Shown here: piece after piece, positions 49,234 to 62,743 of the stretch
Layout of the letters: every line of letters begins with the position of its first letter
Numbering within the stretch: position 1 is the first letter of the stretch
NCBI RefSeq assembly: GCF_003918875.1
Contig: NW_025766248.1
Span: 1,240,001 to 1,304,000 of the forward strand
Direction of reading: 5' to 3'
Length of the DNA: 64,000 bases
Source: Haliotis rubra
Lineage: Eukaryota
The notes under the pieces: model-generated
What the model saw: only the letters and a program-made list of their open reading frames with translations
Told to the model about the DNA's origin: nothing
Databases searched by the model: none
Made by a program: the position numbers and the translations under genes

Positions 49234-51782
49234 GTATACCGAGAAAATCCTTTTTCATTTATTCAAGAGGTAAATTATCGCCAAGTTTAGTAGCTATTGT
49301 TTCGGCTGATATTTTCCATGAGTGTTGCAATGTATTTGTTTTTCGCTCATGATTGGGAAAAAAAGACTAAAAAATTTAGTCGCAAATCGGATTGGCAGAT
49401 TATGAATCTCGAAACTAAGTCGTTAAATTTCCTCCCAACAGATAATCAGTAATTAGTCATAGGTCGTACGTTTGTCTTAAAATAGCGTGGTAAAACATCG
49501 TGATGAGTAGCACGGGAGTTAAGGGATCTTTAATTGCATGCTTTTTTCTGTGTCAGCTAATAAGGTAAATCGTTAAACATAACATGAGTTTCTTAATGAG
49601 ACTAACATAACACACATGAACATTTTAATTACTTTATTTTATTCACTGGTTTGAAGCAATCGAACGCATCAGTTCCATAGTTCAGTTTTTTCTGTGAGAT
49701 TGTAAACGACTTCACTTTAATTTAAAAGTATTGATAATCAACATTCTCTGACTCCTAATATCAACTGAAATTGATTTTCTCACAAGCCAGTTTAGGGTTT
49801 CTTCTCTGTAAAACCTTGATCTTAGAAGCGGAACTATTTTGCACTCCTCAACCAAAATTGAATTCGGAGAGAAACCGGTTTGTATTTGTCGACTTAAGGA
49901 CGTATTGCAAGTTACAATTGATCTTGATCGGTTGGAAACCAGACAATTACAATCTCCATGTTATGAAGCATTATAATACTTTACGACCAAGTGGTTTAAT
50001 GGTTTCCTAAAATTAGTGAATGTTCAATAAAAAGTGTCACTGCTATTGGTACTATATAACCTGAATGATGAGATAAATAGTTTAACAGTGTAACTGCGAT
50101 ATCTGACTGAGATCTGGATTAGTCGTTGGACGTCAGATGACCGCTGAAATTAAATCAGTCTAATTAAACAAAAATATAATGAAATAAAGTACACCACACA
50201 ACAATGCGTCTATGTTTTTTTCTTCCAAAGAAATATTTTTTAAAATCTGCGACATAATTATGTCATTTACCACGAAAAGTCAAACTCATTTGAATCCGCT
50301 TCGTTTTTTTATTACTGACATGTATAGCAACACATTTAGGCGTTTCACTGTGCACTTTGAATATAACCTGATCATGTTCGTAACGCGTTGTGAATGTGAA
50401 TGGAATAACTACATCCTAAATCCATATACAACCATACAACTTAGTTCCCAAATAGTATCATCTTAAATTGGAATATCCCATACTCCGTTCAGTTATATTC
50501 AAATAGCCAGTCCCCTTCCATTGATTTACCTACTTAGACTAGAAATATTAGTGACAAGCGTAACTCAGTCATCTGATTCATAATTTGAAAACCACACAAA
50601 ACCGATTAACAAACTCCCACAAGACTGTATGACAAGAGTGATAACTTCATCTTTCCATTCGTCCAATAGTTCCTCAGGTTATCTCGGTGACAAGATATTT
50701 GTTCAGCTCCAGTTGCCAAAACACAAATCAAACAAATTATTTTTGCAAAAATCGTTAATAAGTTTAGGCGTCATGTCTGTGCCATTATACTCGGAATGGA
50801 GGCAAAACGACCATGTTAAATACAATTGTTAGGCTTGAGATAAAACAGTGATGAATAATTGTCTGCACTGTACGTGTGTTATACACACTAAATATATTCC
50901 TAATCAAAATAATAAAATAAAATAAAACACACAACACAACAATGAGTCTTACAAGAAATTCATTGTTTTTAGTCTGAGGCATGAATACTTTTTTCAAACA
51001 ATTTCAGCGACAATTTTCTTTTTCGATAAACTCATTGTCTCCAAATTGTCCCCAAACCCATATACAATGATCGGTCCTACAGTGACCAGTAAAAGGCTTG
51101 GATTGGACAAATATTTGGCAGAGTACACTGGGTGTACTAGCTATTTGAACTGTTCTTCACAGAAATAAAATGCTTTCAGAAGACTGTTATTTGATCCTTC
51201 CCTGACCATCAAAGACCTTCACTAACCAATTATAATATATTTGCCATTTATTGGCACTAAATCATGCTGCACGTATTGAAATGGCAGCGCCATTGTTTGA
51301 GATGTCTTCCACAGCTCCTGGCACAGTCTCGGAAACAGAGGTCAAGGCCGTGGTGTTATTGGCGCCTCAGGTAAATGTCCTTTCACGTGTTGTGATGACG
51401 CTTACAATCCTGACCCCACCAATAACTGGTGGTTACCATCGACATACAAACCAGACAGTCTACAGTTCGTTTACCCCGGCGGTTATTGTTATGTTTGGAT
51501 AAACAAGACGACGAATTTCGATTTCTGTGCTTTCTTACCGATGATGAAGGTGATAAGACGGATACTGGATCCGGTCATGACGTCATGCATAATTATAATT
51601 AGTACCAGTGGACCTTATCCCTATCGAATATGGCAAATTGATAACCAATAGCACTTACGATATTAATATACCTTACTATATAACAAGAGCTTCTAAATGT
51701 AAGGTTCTAACGTTTTACTCTGGTCTTGAGCAACAGCGGTCCAAGAACATTATTATGTCTCAATATTTCAATACTATCATTA

Positions 51783-51990
51783 GTGAATGAGTGAGTTTGG
51801 TTTTTTGGCCGCTTTTAGCAATATTCGACTGACTGACTGAGTTTGGTTGTACGCCGCTTTTAGCAATATTCCAGCAACATCACGGCGGGAGACACCAGAA
51901 ATGGGCTTCACACATTGTACCCATGTGGGGATTCGAACCCGGGTCTTCGGCGTTACGAGCGAACGCGTTAACCATAGAGTACCCAACCGC
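51783..51990 (-). mobile_element. SINE family B with duplicated tail and TSD
   Basis: TSD TACTATCATTA. Confidence 0.88.
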
Positions 51991-52439
51991 CACTACTATC
52001 ATTAAGGGCAAGGTTGTCAGAGTTGTCTAACGCGCCAGAATTCTCCCTGCACGCGAAACCTATGATTGTTGGTTTAAGTCCCGGTTTATCATGAACATCC
52101 ATGAAATTACCATGCCGTGATATGACTAAACATTGTCCAAAACGGCGTTAAAACTTACTCATTATTATAGCTGCCATCCTCCCAAATGCAGTCTAGTAAA
52201 TACAAAATTGTGCTCACATATCAACACACAGATAATGAATCACATCCTGCACGAGAACAAATAATTTGTCGCTGGTATCTTTTACGCATGTTTGGGAAAT
52301 GTGCACAACTGGAGAGACATCCGCATATTATGATATAAGATTTTTCAGGGATGACCTGAAAATCTGAAAAGATATACCGTTTAATGATTTGGCCAAAGTT
52401 GACAGTCATTTTCCAAGTGAACTCTCTCATTTACAAACT

Positions 52440-52905
52440 TATTATTTTTTTATTTACCATTAATATTATTATTTGATATTTATGTAGCACACATATCCAC
52501 GCACTAGTGCATGCTAAAGGTTCTGGCATTTTTTCCCTCGATCATTGGACATCAATCTCAGCTCCCTGCGGATCATACAACTCTTGCTGCCACAAGGCGC
52601 ATCGAGTTATTGCGGCTTTCTCATTCTTACAAGGTACCGATTCACAGCTGTGTGGACTGGGACACATAGTCACAGGACTTTGTCCAAGTTCACTGCACGT
52701 TGCTGTACCCACAACAAGGTGTTTGCATGTATTCATGTGACCACCATCTGGTCATATACAAACGGATTGGTTGGTTCTTTTAAGTGCACAGGGTTGTGTG
52801 CTGTACACTAGGGGTTGTGACAACACTGAAAGGGTTAACTCCAAGGTTTTTTACAGCCGGTCACAGGTGGGCTCAATCCCGGCTGGAGCCTTTCGCCATA
52901 GCCAG
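52440..52905 (-). mobile_element. SINE family D (degenerate tRNA-like head, Deu/Nin-like middle, L2-like tail)
   Basis: Tail GCATGCACTAGTGCGTGGATATGTG identical to the fragment at 26560-26611; CCACACAGCTGTGAATCGGTACC core. Confidence 0.65.
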
Positions 52906-53300
52906 CTCGCCCACCATTTATATTTCAAGCAAATCCATAATGCGAGACATTTGTAATTATTTCACAATGGCTAAACATACAGTTGAATGCCACATTTGGT
53001 AAAGTCACATTAAGTCCGGACGGGAGTAGTTTTGCTGATCAGCTGACTTGAAAGAGAACGTCGGGAACACTATGCAACGTTGCACAACGTCTGCGTTGCC
53101 TCCCGACGGCTTATGCGCTTCCGATGAAACCTCCTAGTTTTTAAGAAACTCCGGTGATGCATCACGACAACAGTCAATATGCACGCATCTCAAAAAGTGG
53201 TATGTAATAACTGAGAATACTTCCTGTCGGTCCCGAGTATCTGACAGTGAGCAGATGCTTAAAATCGAGAGAGTGCCCACGCTACCCACTTTGCATTATA

Positions 53301-53719
53301 TACTCCCCATCAAAACTTTAGACTCACTAGTGTAAATGTAGCCACTTACTTAAGTCAACTCTTCTAAACTAGATCTTGCAAAATTTTCCATACTGTTTAA
53401 AGGTACTGTTTACACATGAAGTGATGTATTATAAAACAAATTCGTAACGTTGAAGATCATGGATTAACAAAATGATGAAACTGAGTGAAAGTTGGCGATT
53501 TTTTAACAAAATGTTACACCACAACACAGCTGTTCACATGCACGATATTTGCACATGCTTTTTAGCAATTTAATGCATGATCCTCGTGCAAATCATCTGC
53601 ATAAAGTTTGCAGTTGGTTCGCCAAAGTTAGCGGAGAAATTCATCTTCGATGTAACCAAACATATATGCATAACATATAGTGAGTGATTTAAGTGAGTTT
53701 AAACTTTTGATGGGGAGTA
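53301..53719. mobile_element. Tc1/mariner-type MITE
   Basis: ~28-bp TIR TACTCCCCATCAAAACTTTAGACTCACT / AGTGAGTTTAAACTTTTGATGGGGAGTA; TA on both sides. Confidence 0.85.
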
Positions 53720-55292
53720 TATGTACACATCGTGTTACCATAGAGGTTGGAGATGAAATATTCGAATTTGAAAGAGGTCACAGCTTTGATCATCCCAGCA
53801 TTCACTGCCGCTGTCTTTAGGATCTTGGGCTTCGTGTTGCAAATGAGAGTGGTCCCCCTTGAATCAATGTCGTTCTTATTTCTCCAAGCCGTGCAACCTC
53901 GGTGTATGGTGCTGCTTATGTACGTGGAAATGGTTTTGTCCCTTTCATTTAACAAATATAATGGACGTCAAATTGACAACCTATTATCTCGAATGCACCA
54001 ATATCTCGAACCTGTTATTCGGTCTCTCTCGCCTCTTTTAAAAAATACGGGTTATATAAAATTTTCTGCATGCAGTGGTAGTGTTTCGGATCTCTGATTA
54101 CCTTGCCTCCCTTTAGTATTTTTGTGCTAGATGTGAAATGACATCACCTAGACGATATTACATCGATATCTGTATTAAAACGATTAATGACAAATTATTC
54201 AAGTAAGCATGAACCAGACATCCATTAAACTAAGAACTGTATAAGCAAATAAGCGATTAGTCAGTAAAGTGTCGTTTTTATTCACTGAAAACCCGTACCA
54301 CCATTCCTATTGAATCATCTAGGAAGACAAATCGTCAAAGAGTAGCAAGAACCAACCTAGCGTTCTTGAAGAACACCTTTCATGGTTTCTAGGAGCGGTA
54401 CAGTACAAATATGGCAGGAGCCCAGGGGTCAATCGTTGTCCTAGCACAACATCCGTGTAATCACTTGGAGCCCAGTCCTAAAAAATCATTTAGCCTGTCT
54501 GTGCAGGCTTTGTAAAACTAACACCAGGCAATGTTTATCATGAAACGAGTGCTTACCAACAGGATACATCTGAGAGCCCTTCCCTTGGTCCACCTACTTG
54601 AAGAATCGATCTCCTTCGTCTTCGGAAAACATTCCTCATTGGGGACTCTCCAACCACTCAACTGAACCTTCTTAGGAGGGCATTTACCCATCCGCATCAT
54701 AGAACATCTGATATTGATCTAGAAACTGGTTAGATAACATTGTGTATAGGGGAAACGATAACGGCATGATCCGTAGAAAATGTGTCAATGAACTAAATTA
54801 ACGGTTGGCATGGTTTTGAGGAATTTGGGCGAGAAACAAAATCAAAGGAACTGAAAAATACATCATGGAAGGTTTTGAGCTACAGAATCCACGAGCTCTC
54901 TTGGAAGAGAACAGATGCGTAGTTTAAAGTTTCGAAAGAATGTTTATCTGAATAATTTGCTTTACACATATGTGTGTTCCTTGGAAACCGATGATCGTGG
55001 GTTCGAATCCTACATTCGTCCTGATTATGATTCGAAGTTTGTTAGCACCAATACCCCTGTTCATGGATTTCACTAAGGTCTCAAACGTCCAAGACCTGCA
55101 ACTCCGAGTGCTCTGTAACATACACTTGAGGAGATCGATGCTTGTAATGGTAAAACGGGATTGTCAGACCCACTTTCGATTATTTACAGACCAAATTCAT
55201 AAAGCTGAATTATTGCCGACCCTGCTTCTGTCTACGTTGAACATACCACCGTCACGTAGCTGGAACTTTGCTGAGTATGGCATGATTTTGTA

Positions 55293-55511
55293 TGGGTTAA
55301 TAAAATGTGGTCTTCAGTAACCCGTGCTTGGCGTAAGAGACGACTAACGGGATCGGGTGGTCAGGCTTGCTGACTTGGTTGACACATGCCATCATATCCC
55401 ACTTGCGTTGATTGATGCTCATGCTGTTGATCACTGGTTTGCCTGGCCGAGACTTGATGATCAGACCGCCATCATTTAGCAGGAATATTACTGAGTGCGG
55501 CGTTTAACAAA
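55293..55511 (+). mobile_element. Family A copy
   Basis: Consensus match. Confidence 0.8.
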
Positions 55512-56610
55512 ATCATTTTTTGGTGTGTTTTCCCCACCTTGATCAAGAAACGAGTTGAGTATATCAACTGTTATCAGGCCCTCTTTTCATCCGGTCCGGC
55601 AGTTGACGAAAATGCGAGGCCACGCATTTTATGATATTATGATACAGTAAGACAGTTGACTGTCTCTCTAAAAATGCTTCACAATCAACCTGACTTCCGA
55701 ATTATAAATACTGATTGAAACTATATAAACAGCACATGTTGAGTTGGTAAAGACGAAGTGAAATATTATCTGGTTTTAAACTAGCCCGGCCGCCGACAAC
55801 AATATGAGGCCACGGCCTATTTTAATACAGCTACACTATGGATTGTCTATTGGACTGCGGACAAAATACCAATTATTATCACTTTGAAACGTTGATGTAA
55901 ACCTCAATCAATATTTCAACTTTAAGATTGGTCTAATTAAATGAAAATCTCCGCTAATTACATAAATACATTTTAAAAGAAATACGTATTTATTTGCCGT
56001 AACGGTTGTTGATATAACAGGTTCAATCCGATTATGTCCCTTTGATTTTCATCACGTGGCTTGGCTTTCGGCAAACATTCAGCGTCACTTTGCTTGTTCC
56101 CTGTGCAGATACCAGCATAGAATTCGTCCCTAGCAACGCGTTCCAATCTCGAAGCAAGAGGCCTAAAATGATCAGGCTACGGAACAAATCTGTAGTTTAA
56201 TCCCTTTTTTCCGGGGATAAGTATGGAATTTGATATGCTGTCTCTTATTAATAACCATCCCCATAATCATAATCATCCCTATACCACGAAGCGTGTATCG
56301 GTGGGATGCCATTAATCATGAACATGAGTATATGTTTTGTCTGCTGGAGGGTGGTGCTACTAACGTGCAGGACACCAGGTGTCATTATCGATAGTTTAGA
56401 GATCCTTTCGCAGTACCTTCATCACTGATTTGCCTACGGAATCTGTTTCGGCAAATATTTGGGACTGACTATATATGTAGTCTAACAATATATATGTTCT
56501 GTAACTGTAATCTGACCCCGAAGGGTAGCAGGGATATTCATGTTGTGTTAATATTTTGTGGATTTCTTTATATATCTACAACTGTTCACTGCTTAACTTC
56601 ACCATATATA

Positions 56611-56775
56611 GACCCGTGAAGGTCCGGGTTGGAATGAACCTTCAGTAACCCATGCTTGTCGTAAGAGGCGACTAACGGGATCGGGTGGTCAGGCTCGCTG
56701 GCTTGGCTGACACATGTCATCGGTTTCCAATTGCGCAGATCGATGCTCATGCTGTTGATCACTGGATTGTCTGGT
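56611..56775 (+). mobile_element. Family A copy, 3'-truncated at (TA)n
   Basis: GACCCGTGAAGGTCC start. Confidence 0.88.
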
Positions 56776-57170
56776 ATATATATATATATATATATATTTG
56801 AGAGTATTTGCCCAGTACGTTTTTATTAATAAGAACTAGGTTCAATACCTGGGCCAAAAGAACTGTATGTGTGTTAACGGTTAATCATTTGGTTGTTGTT
56901 TTACGCCGTTCTCGGCACTTATCCATCTTTTGTACTGCTGTCTGTATCACGACTAGATAATCCAGTGATTGGCATCGATGTCAACGGGCCTGACCGCCCG
57001 ATCCCGTTTGTCGCATCTTTCAAACGGTACATAGGCGTTCGGTTTAACAATAGTTAAACCAAAATGCTCTTGCTTGTTACTGATCGTAGGCTAGTAATAT
57101 TTTCCTTCCAGATACAAACAGCACATGTGGAGTTGGTAGAACCTTGGGAATCATAGTCGAAGCAGTACGA

Positions 57171-57404
57171 TATGGAATCCTAGGAGAGGCGTTGTCGCAT
57201 TGTGGCGTTGTCACCCTCACGAAAACAAGCAAAACGTGGCATCATTAACCAAAGTGCGACAATGTGACAACGCCGCATTTAGGCTATTTGTCGGTATGTC
57301 GCATTGTCGCGCTTTGAATAATATTTTTCGATGTTTGGCCAGGACTGAAATACCAAGGGATCGAACTCAGAACGATGCGACGATGTCCCTTCTTGGATTC
57401 CATT
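57171..57404. mobile_element. MITE with ~29-bp imperfect TIRs and internal TGTCGC repeats
   Basis: ATGGAATCCTAGGAGAGGCGTTGTCGCAT / ATGCGACGATGTCCCTTCTTGGATTCCAT. Confidence 0.7.
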
Positions 57405-58749
57405 GTATGTTAATAGGCTGTAACCTAACGGTCCGGTCGCCGACAACAATGGTGGACGCAATCGCGCCCGTGAGGCAGTACCATACGTATCGATGAATCT
57501 TGCTTGCGCTTTCATAAGTTTTACGTCGTTAATTATCAAGAATTCTTTGACACGCTTTTTTTCTTCAATCTGAAACCAGATCAAAAGATCACGTATTGCA
57601 TAACAGTTCACGTGCTGGATTATACCGCGAAATTATGGTCTGAAGAACATTTGTTGCAATGTAATTCAGTTTGTATCCGTGTAATCCTGTGACGATCCCA
57701 TAGGACAATGGATGATTTCCCTTGATATGCTACTGACGTGTTACATAACTTTGTTACTTCTATCACTCCGTTGAAGGATGGATAAGTCGATCGAAATGCT
57801 TAAGCGTCGACTGATGACTAAGTGATCTGCTCTGCTGCCAGATTAGCATGTTCGTTTAATACGGTTTTAATTTAATATAGGGTTAATGTGGCGTAAAACA
57901 ATATTGATCAATTCCTCTGTCTGATTATGAGGTGTCCTTTGCATTGCGACTTTTTATGTGGCAATGCGTTATTTCCGGAATTGACTTTTACACAAATTTG
58001 AGGAAATTAATTAATAAGTCCCTTTACATTTCTGAAAACCCATTTCTCCAGAAATTCTCCGCACTCTTCCTGGTCTCGGTCAAGGATATATCAACATGTT
58101 GGTTTCTTGGGTACGTTTCAAAATTTGAAACTATGAAGCCATGGGCCATAAATTTCCCTTCGCTCAAACTTCATTCTTTTGCATCATGACATGGAGTTCA
58201 AATAATCAAACGATTTTTACCGCTATTAAGACATTTGACAAGCAAATCCTCATTTAATAATAGCAGTAAACTTTATATAGTGTCACTGGATTGTCTGGCC
58301 CATCACTTGATCATCTGGTCAAGACTCGATTGTGTTCAGGCAACCGTCGCATGGGAGGCGTCAGGCAGGTCACCTCTTACGACAAGCATGGGTTACTGAA
58401 GATCATTATTAACTCGGATCTTCACTGGAATGTAGGTAGGTAGGTAACTGACGAGATTAAGATGTTCGGAAGTTTTTCGTTTAAGGACAAAATAAAAAAC
58501 CCGCAACTTCAAGGATCGACTGTATATAAAGATACATTTCCACATTCATTAGAACACCCAACTAATGATGAAACAAAGTACCGGATTGACACGTCTTCTC
58601 ATTATCTGCAAAGCGTCTAATGTTCATTTCTGGAGGCGTACATACAAGTCGTTTGTAAATGTGAACAGGTTGTTTCTAATTCATTATCTCTACAAGCCGT
58701 AATTACACACCCAAAACAAATAACATCAAACCAAAGTGTGATCAGCGAA

Positions 58750-59200
58750 GCCCCAGCCGGCTGAATTAGAGACTAACAGTTCGGCGTGCTTCTATTGGTA
58801 GCGAGATGCTTAAGGAATCGATAGCACCTGGTCTATGGACTCGCGCCCACAATAGTGCGAACATTGGCACTAACAGTCAGTGCTAGTCGGCAGACCACCA
58901 CTCGAAGACCACGTCCCCTGGGTATCTGCTGTCATCGCCCCTACCCAGCGTCACGGAGTCACAGGGAGCCATTGTGTTGTGGATCGCCTTTGGATGAACA
59001 TCGAACTGACCATTTAGTTGGTACTTGGCAGCAATGTCTTAGGTTTTTGTAGACGCTGATTTTGCCGTTGGGGACTGTGCGAACAAGTTTCTGTAAAGCA
59101 AGTTGAAGTTTGTATCCATAAACAGAGTATTGGAAATCTTCGGGAGATAATTTTGTGACTTCACGACAAAGCGCCAGTGACTAAAAGCAACACGGTAAGT
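58750..59200 (+). promoter_or_regulatory. Candidate host promoter and non-coding first exon
   Basis: Locally CpG-rich, non-repetitive; ATTGG (reverse CCAAT) at ~58794 and ~58863; strong donor ACG|GTAAGT at 59194. Confidence 0.3.
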
Positions 59201-59446
59201 GTACTTAATTCATTTTGTAAAGTTTACATATTTTCTAAAAGTCTGTTGTGCCGAATCATAGGGAGAACATAGGAATATTTATTTATGTAAGGCAATCAAT
59301 GATGTGTCTGTGATAGTCGACAAGAGTCGGATCAAGAATTCTGGCGGTAATTGCATAAGCTTTAAGTGGAGTTGATGGATTAAGTGAGATGTGACAATCG
59401 GTAAAGGTTGCAAGATTCTGATGAATCTGTGCTTTAATATTACAAG

Positions 59447-59680
59447 AGACCTGTAAAGATCAGAAAGCTTAGAAGTGGTCTTCAGCAATCCAAGCTTGTC
59501 GTATAATGGGGACTAACAGGATTGGGTGGTCAGGCTCGCTGTCTTGGTTGACACATGTTATCTGATCCCCTTTTGCGTAGATCGATGGTCATGATGCTGG
59601 TCACTAGATTGTTTGGTTCAAACTCGATGATTTACAGACCGTCGCCACATAGCTTGAATAAACAAACAAACAAACAAACA
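59447..59680 (+). mobile_element. Family A copy, diverged, (CAAA)n tail
   Basis: Consensus match. Confidence 0.8.
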
Positions 59681-60705
59681 CACTAACATTTTGGCTCTTG
59701 ACATTAAAGAAACCAGGAGAAACAATGGACACACACTCGCCCATTCAGGGTTCTACACCCGTGTCATTAATGGATCCTGGTTGACGGTCACGCCATTGTC
59801 AAATGTACATAAATACACCGTTACCTGAAATCAATTCCGTCGCCAGATAAATATTTCACGTGACAGAATTAATCCGAATGTGCCGTTACTACGCGAATCG
59901 GTATCACGACTGACACAGCACAAATTAGGTTCAAACAAACAGTAATATTGTCACGGCGAAACATGACAATCTGTCTCTTTGTCCGCTTCCTGCTCGATGG
60001 CAACATAATCACACTTAAAGACACTGTTTCATCAGAACACTCTCAAATAACGCCAGTATACTCCCTGTCACCAATCTAAGTGGTCCAGTAAGTTATGTTT
60101 TATGTTCCAGTGACCTATCAGATCAATCGTTCATTGATAGCTCTTGTACTACAGAACGGCATCATGAAAGCTTGTTTAATTGCTTTACAACCAAGCAATT
60201 ACCTGTGAAGATAGCACCACATTAAATACACCGTGCGTCGATTGACGTACGTAGGTCGTATCGACAACGTATTCGTTAAAAGGGCTCTTGTCTTTAGTCT
60301 TCTACCGTAAAAGTGGTGAGTAGGTTAAACACTATTTTCCTTTTGAATGGAAAATGACAACGTGCCCTGTTAACTGCGATACCGTTACACGTTTTATCAG
60401 TGGGGAGTTTATCTCAGAGTTAATGTGGGTACCTAATATTTTACCGTTGTAATACGGGGAAAGGGTCGTATGCATTATTCAGTTTAGATGACATAACACA
60501 TTTCCGAAACTTGAGAAACCTTCCGGGACAAATGCCATATCAGTGTCAATTATTTTGAGTTAAGATATTTCATTGAGTATAAATTAATTCTATTGATGGT
60601 GTTTCTTAAACTGTATATCTTAAGGGTTTAAGAATAAACGGCGTTGTGCATACTATTCACTAGAAAATGAGTTTATCACCTGTACAAGTTGTTTGTAGGT
60701 CAGAG

Positions 60706-60872
60706 GGTTACGGTTGGGTAGCCTAGTGGTTAAAGCGTTCGCTCGTCCGCCCAAGACCCGGCTTCGATTCCTCACATGGGTACAATGTGTGAAGCCCATT
60801 TCAGGTGTCCCCCGCCGTGATATTGCTGGAATATTGTTGAAAAGCGTTGTAAAAGTAAACTCACTCACTCAC
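60706..60872 (+). mobile_element. SINE family B copy
   Basis: GGGTAGCCTAGTGGTTAAAGCGTTCGCTCG head. Confidence 0.88.
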
Positions 60873-60919
60873 CCAAGTTTAGGTCAGTATAACAAATCCA
60901 TACCCTTTACGATGGAGTG

Positions 60920-61165
60920 AGTGAGTTTAGTTTTATGCCGCACTCAGCAATATTCCAGCTATATGGCGGCGGTTTGTAAATAATCAAGTCTGGACCAGAC
61001 AATCCAGGGATCATGATCAACAGCATGAGCATCGATCTGCACAATTGGGAACCGATCACATGTTTCAACCAAGTCAGCGAGCCTGACCACCCGGTCCCGT
61101 TAGTCGCCTCTTACGACAAGCATGGGTTACTGAAGATCAATATTCTAACCCGGACCTTCACGGGT
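60920..61165 (-). mobile_element. Full-length family A copy with TSD
   Basis: TSD CTTTACGATGGAGTG. Confidence 0.92.
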
Positions 61166-62508
61166 CTTTACGATGGAGTGTACCTTTATCAGTGATAATA
61201 ATCTTTAAAGAAGGTTTAGATTAAAATACACAGAATCTTCATATCCTATTATCAGTATATGGCCTACGGTTCGCCGGGAATGTGTTTCAGAGATTGTAAG
61301 CACTATACATGTGCTCGTGGGTTTCATCAACGTTGTAGACGTCTGAGCCTTGCATTACTTCCCACATATTTGTGACTTATATTCGTCTTGGAGTATTTGT
61401 CCATGTGCTAATATGTGTCTTGGCGAATACGATCATACATGCTAGTTTTAACGTTGTACAGACAGAGAGTGGACAAATTTCAGAACAAAAAACAAAAACA
61501 AAAACAAAGCCCAAACAAACCATAATCGTCCCCCCTAAAAAAATCCACACAAACTAACAAACGAACAAAACAATCACGAACACAATTTGAAAACAGAACA
61601 AAAACCCAAACAAAAACAAAACCTGAAAAAAATCTTCAAAAGAAACACACAAAAAATCTTCAAAGAAACACACAACAAAAACAAAAACAAACAAAAACAA
61701 AACCCAAACAACCAACCAAACAAAACATTAACCCAAATTCTAAGATGCCTAGCGGTTAGAACAATCGAAAATAAGATACATTATCAGACAATAAAGGTAT
61801 AGTGTATCCACAACAAATACTCTCCATGTGATCTGAGTTACATTGACCTAGTGTTAAGCATAACGGAGTTATGCCCCCTTATCATTATACGTGTATGACC
61901 TCTCCGTCGTCGTTTGACGTCGTAGAAGAAAATCCATTTTTGACATTTATTGCGAGTCAGTTTTAATGTTGAGCGTATAATGTTATGCATAAGCACATAA
62001 ATCCAATTCATATACACTTATGTCGTTCAGATATCAGGCTGTATTTTCTTCGCTCGAACTTTCCGTAAAGATGCCAAAATAAAAAATTCGTAGCACAGTG
62101 CTTTTATCGGTGTGCGATAAAAAGCGGAGAAATTTACTTATTTTTAACGCATAACAAAATTTGGACAACATTTAGCAAGGTCTATTTCTCAAACCGCCGA
62201 GGTAGTTGCACTTATATTTATACCAACGGATAGGAAATTTAATATTCTACATTTCTGTGTAATTTTATAGCCGTACGTAGATCCAGGACCACGCGAGCGC
62301 AATTCTCGCACAACGTTCACTTTTCAAAGAGTATGAAAATGTGCGCCTGAAATAAACCTCGGCATCAAGGGGGTTAACGTAGGGGGCAGACACATCAATA
62401 GAAAAGCGCGCCAGGATTCTTAATTTAGGTCACCGACACCGTCGTTTGTTTTCTGCCTTAAATTAATCGTAATTATCCTTAGAATGTATTAAATTTGGCA
62501 TCTTAGAA

Positions 62509-62743
62509 AAGAAATACAGTTCGCTCTACCACCATGTATAGTGTAATAAAACACACTTTCGCCCTGAACTATTTTAACGCAAGCGTCCTCGTACTTTAAC
62601 TGTAATAAAACACACTTTCGCCCTGAACTATTTTAACGTTAAAGCACTCGGACGCAAGCGTCCTCGTACTTTAACTTTAATAGTTCAGGGCGAAAGTGTG
62701 TTTTATTACACTATACATGATGGTAGAGCGAACTGTATTTCTT
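62509..62743. mobile_element. Fold-back/MITE-like element with ~65-bp inverted repeats
   Basis: AAGAAATACAGTTCGCTCTACCACCATGTATAGTGTAATAAAACACACTTTCGCCCTGAACTATT and its reverse complement; internal duplication. Confidence 0.85.

Noticed and set aside
53689-54700. Possible decayed Gypsy RT motifs (ILKTAAV; W..NEECF.KTKE)
   Set aside because: Motif order is inconsistent and no catalytic YxDD is visible
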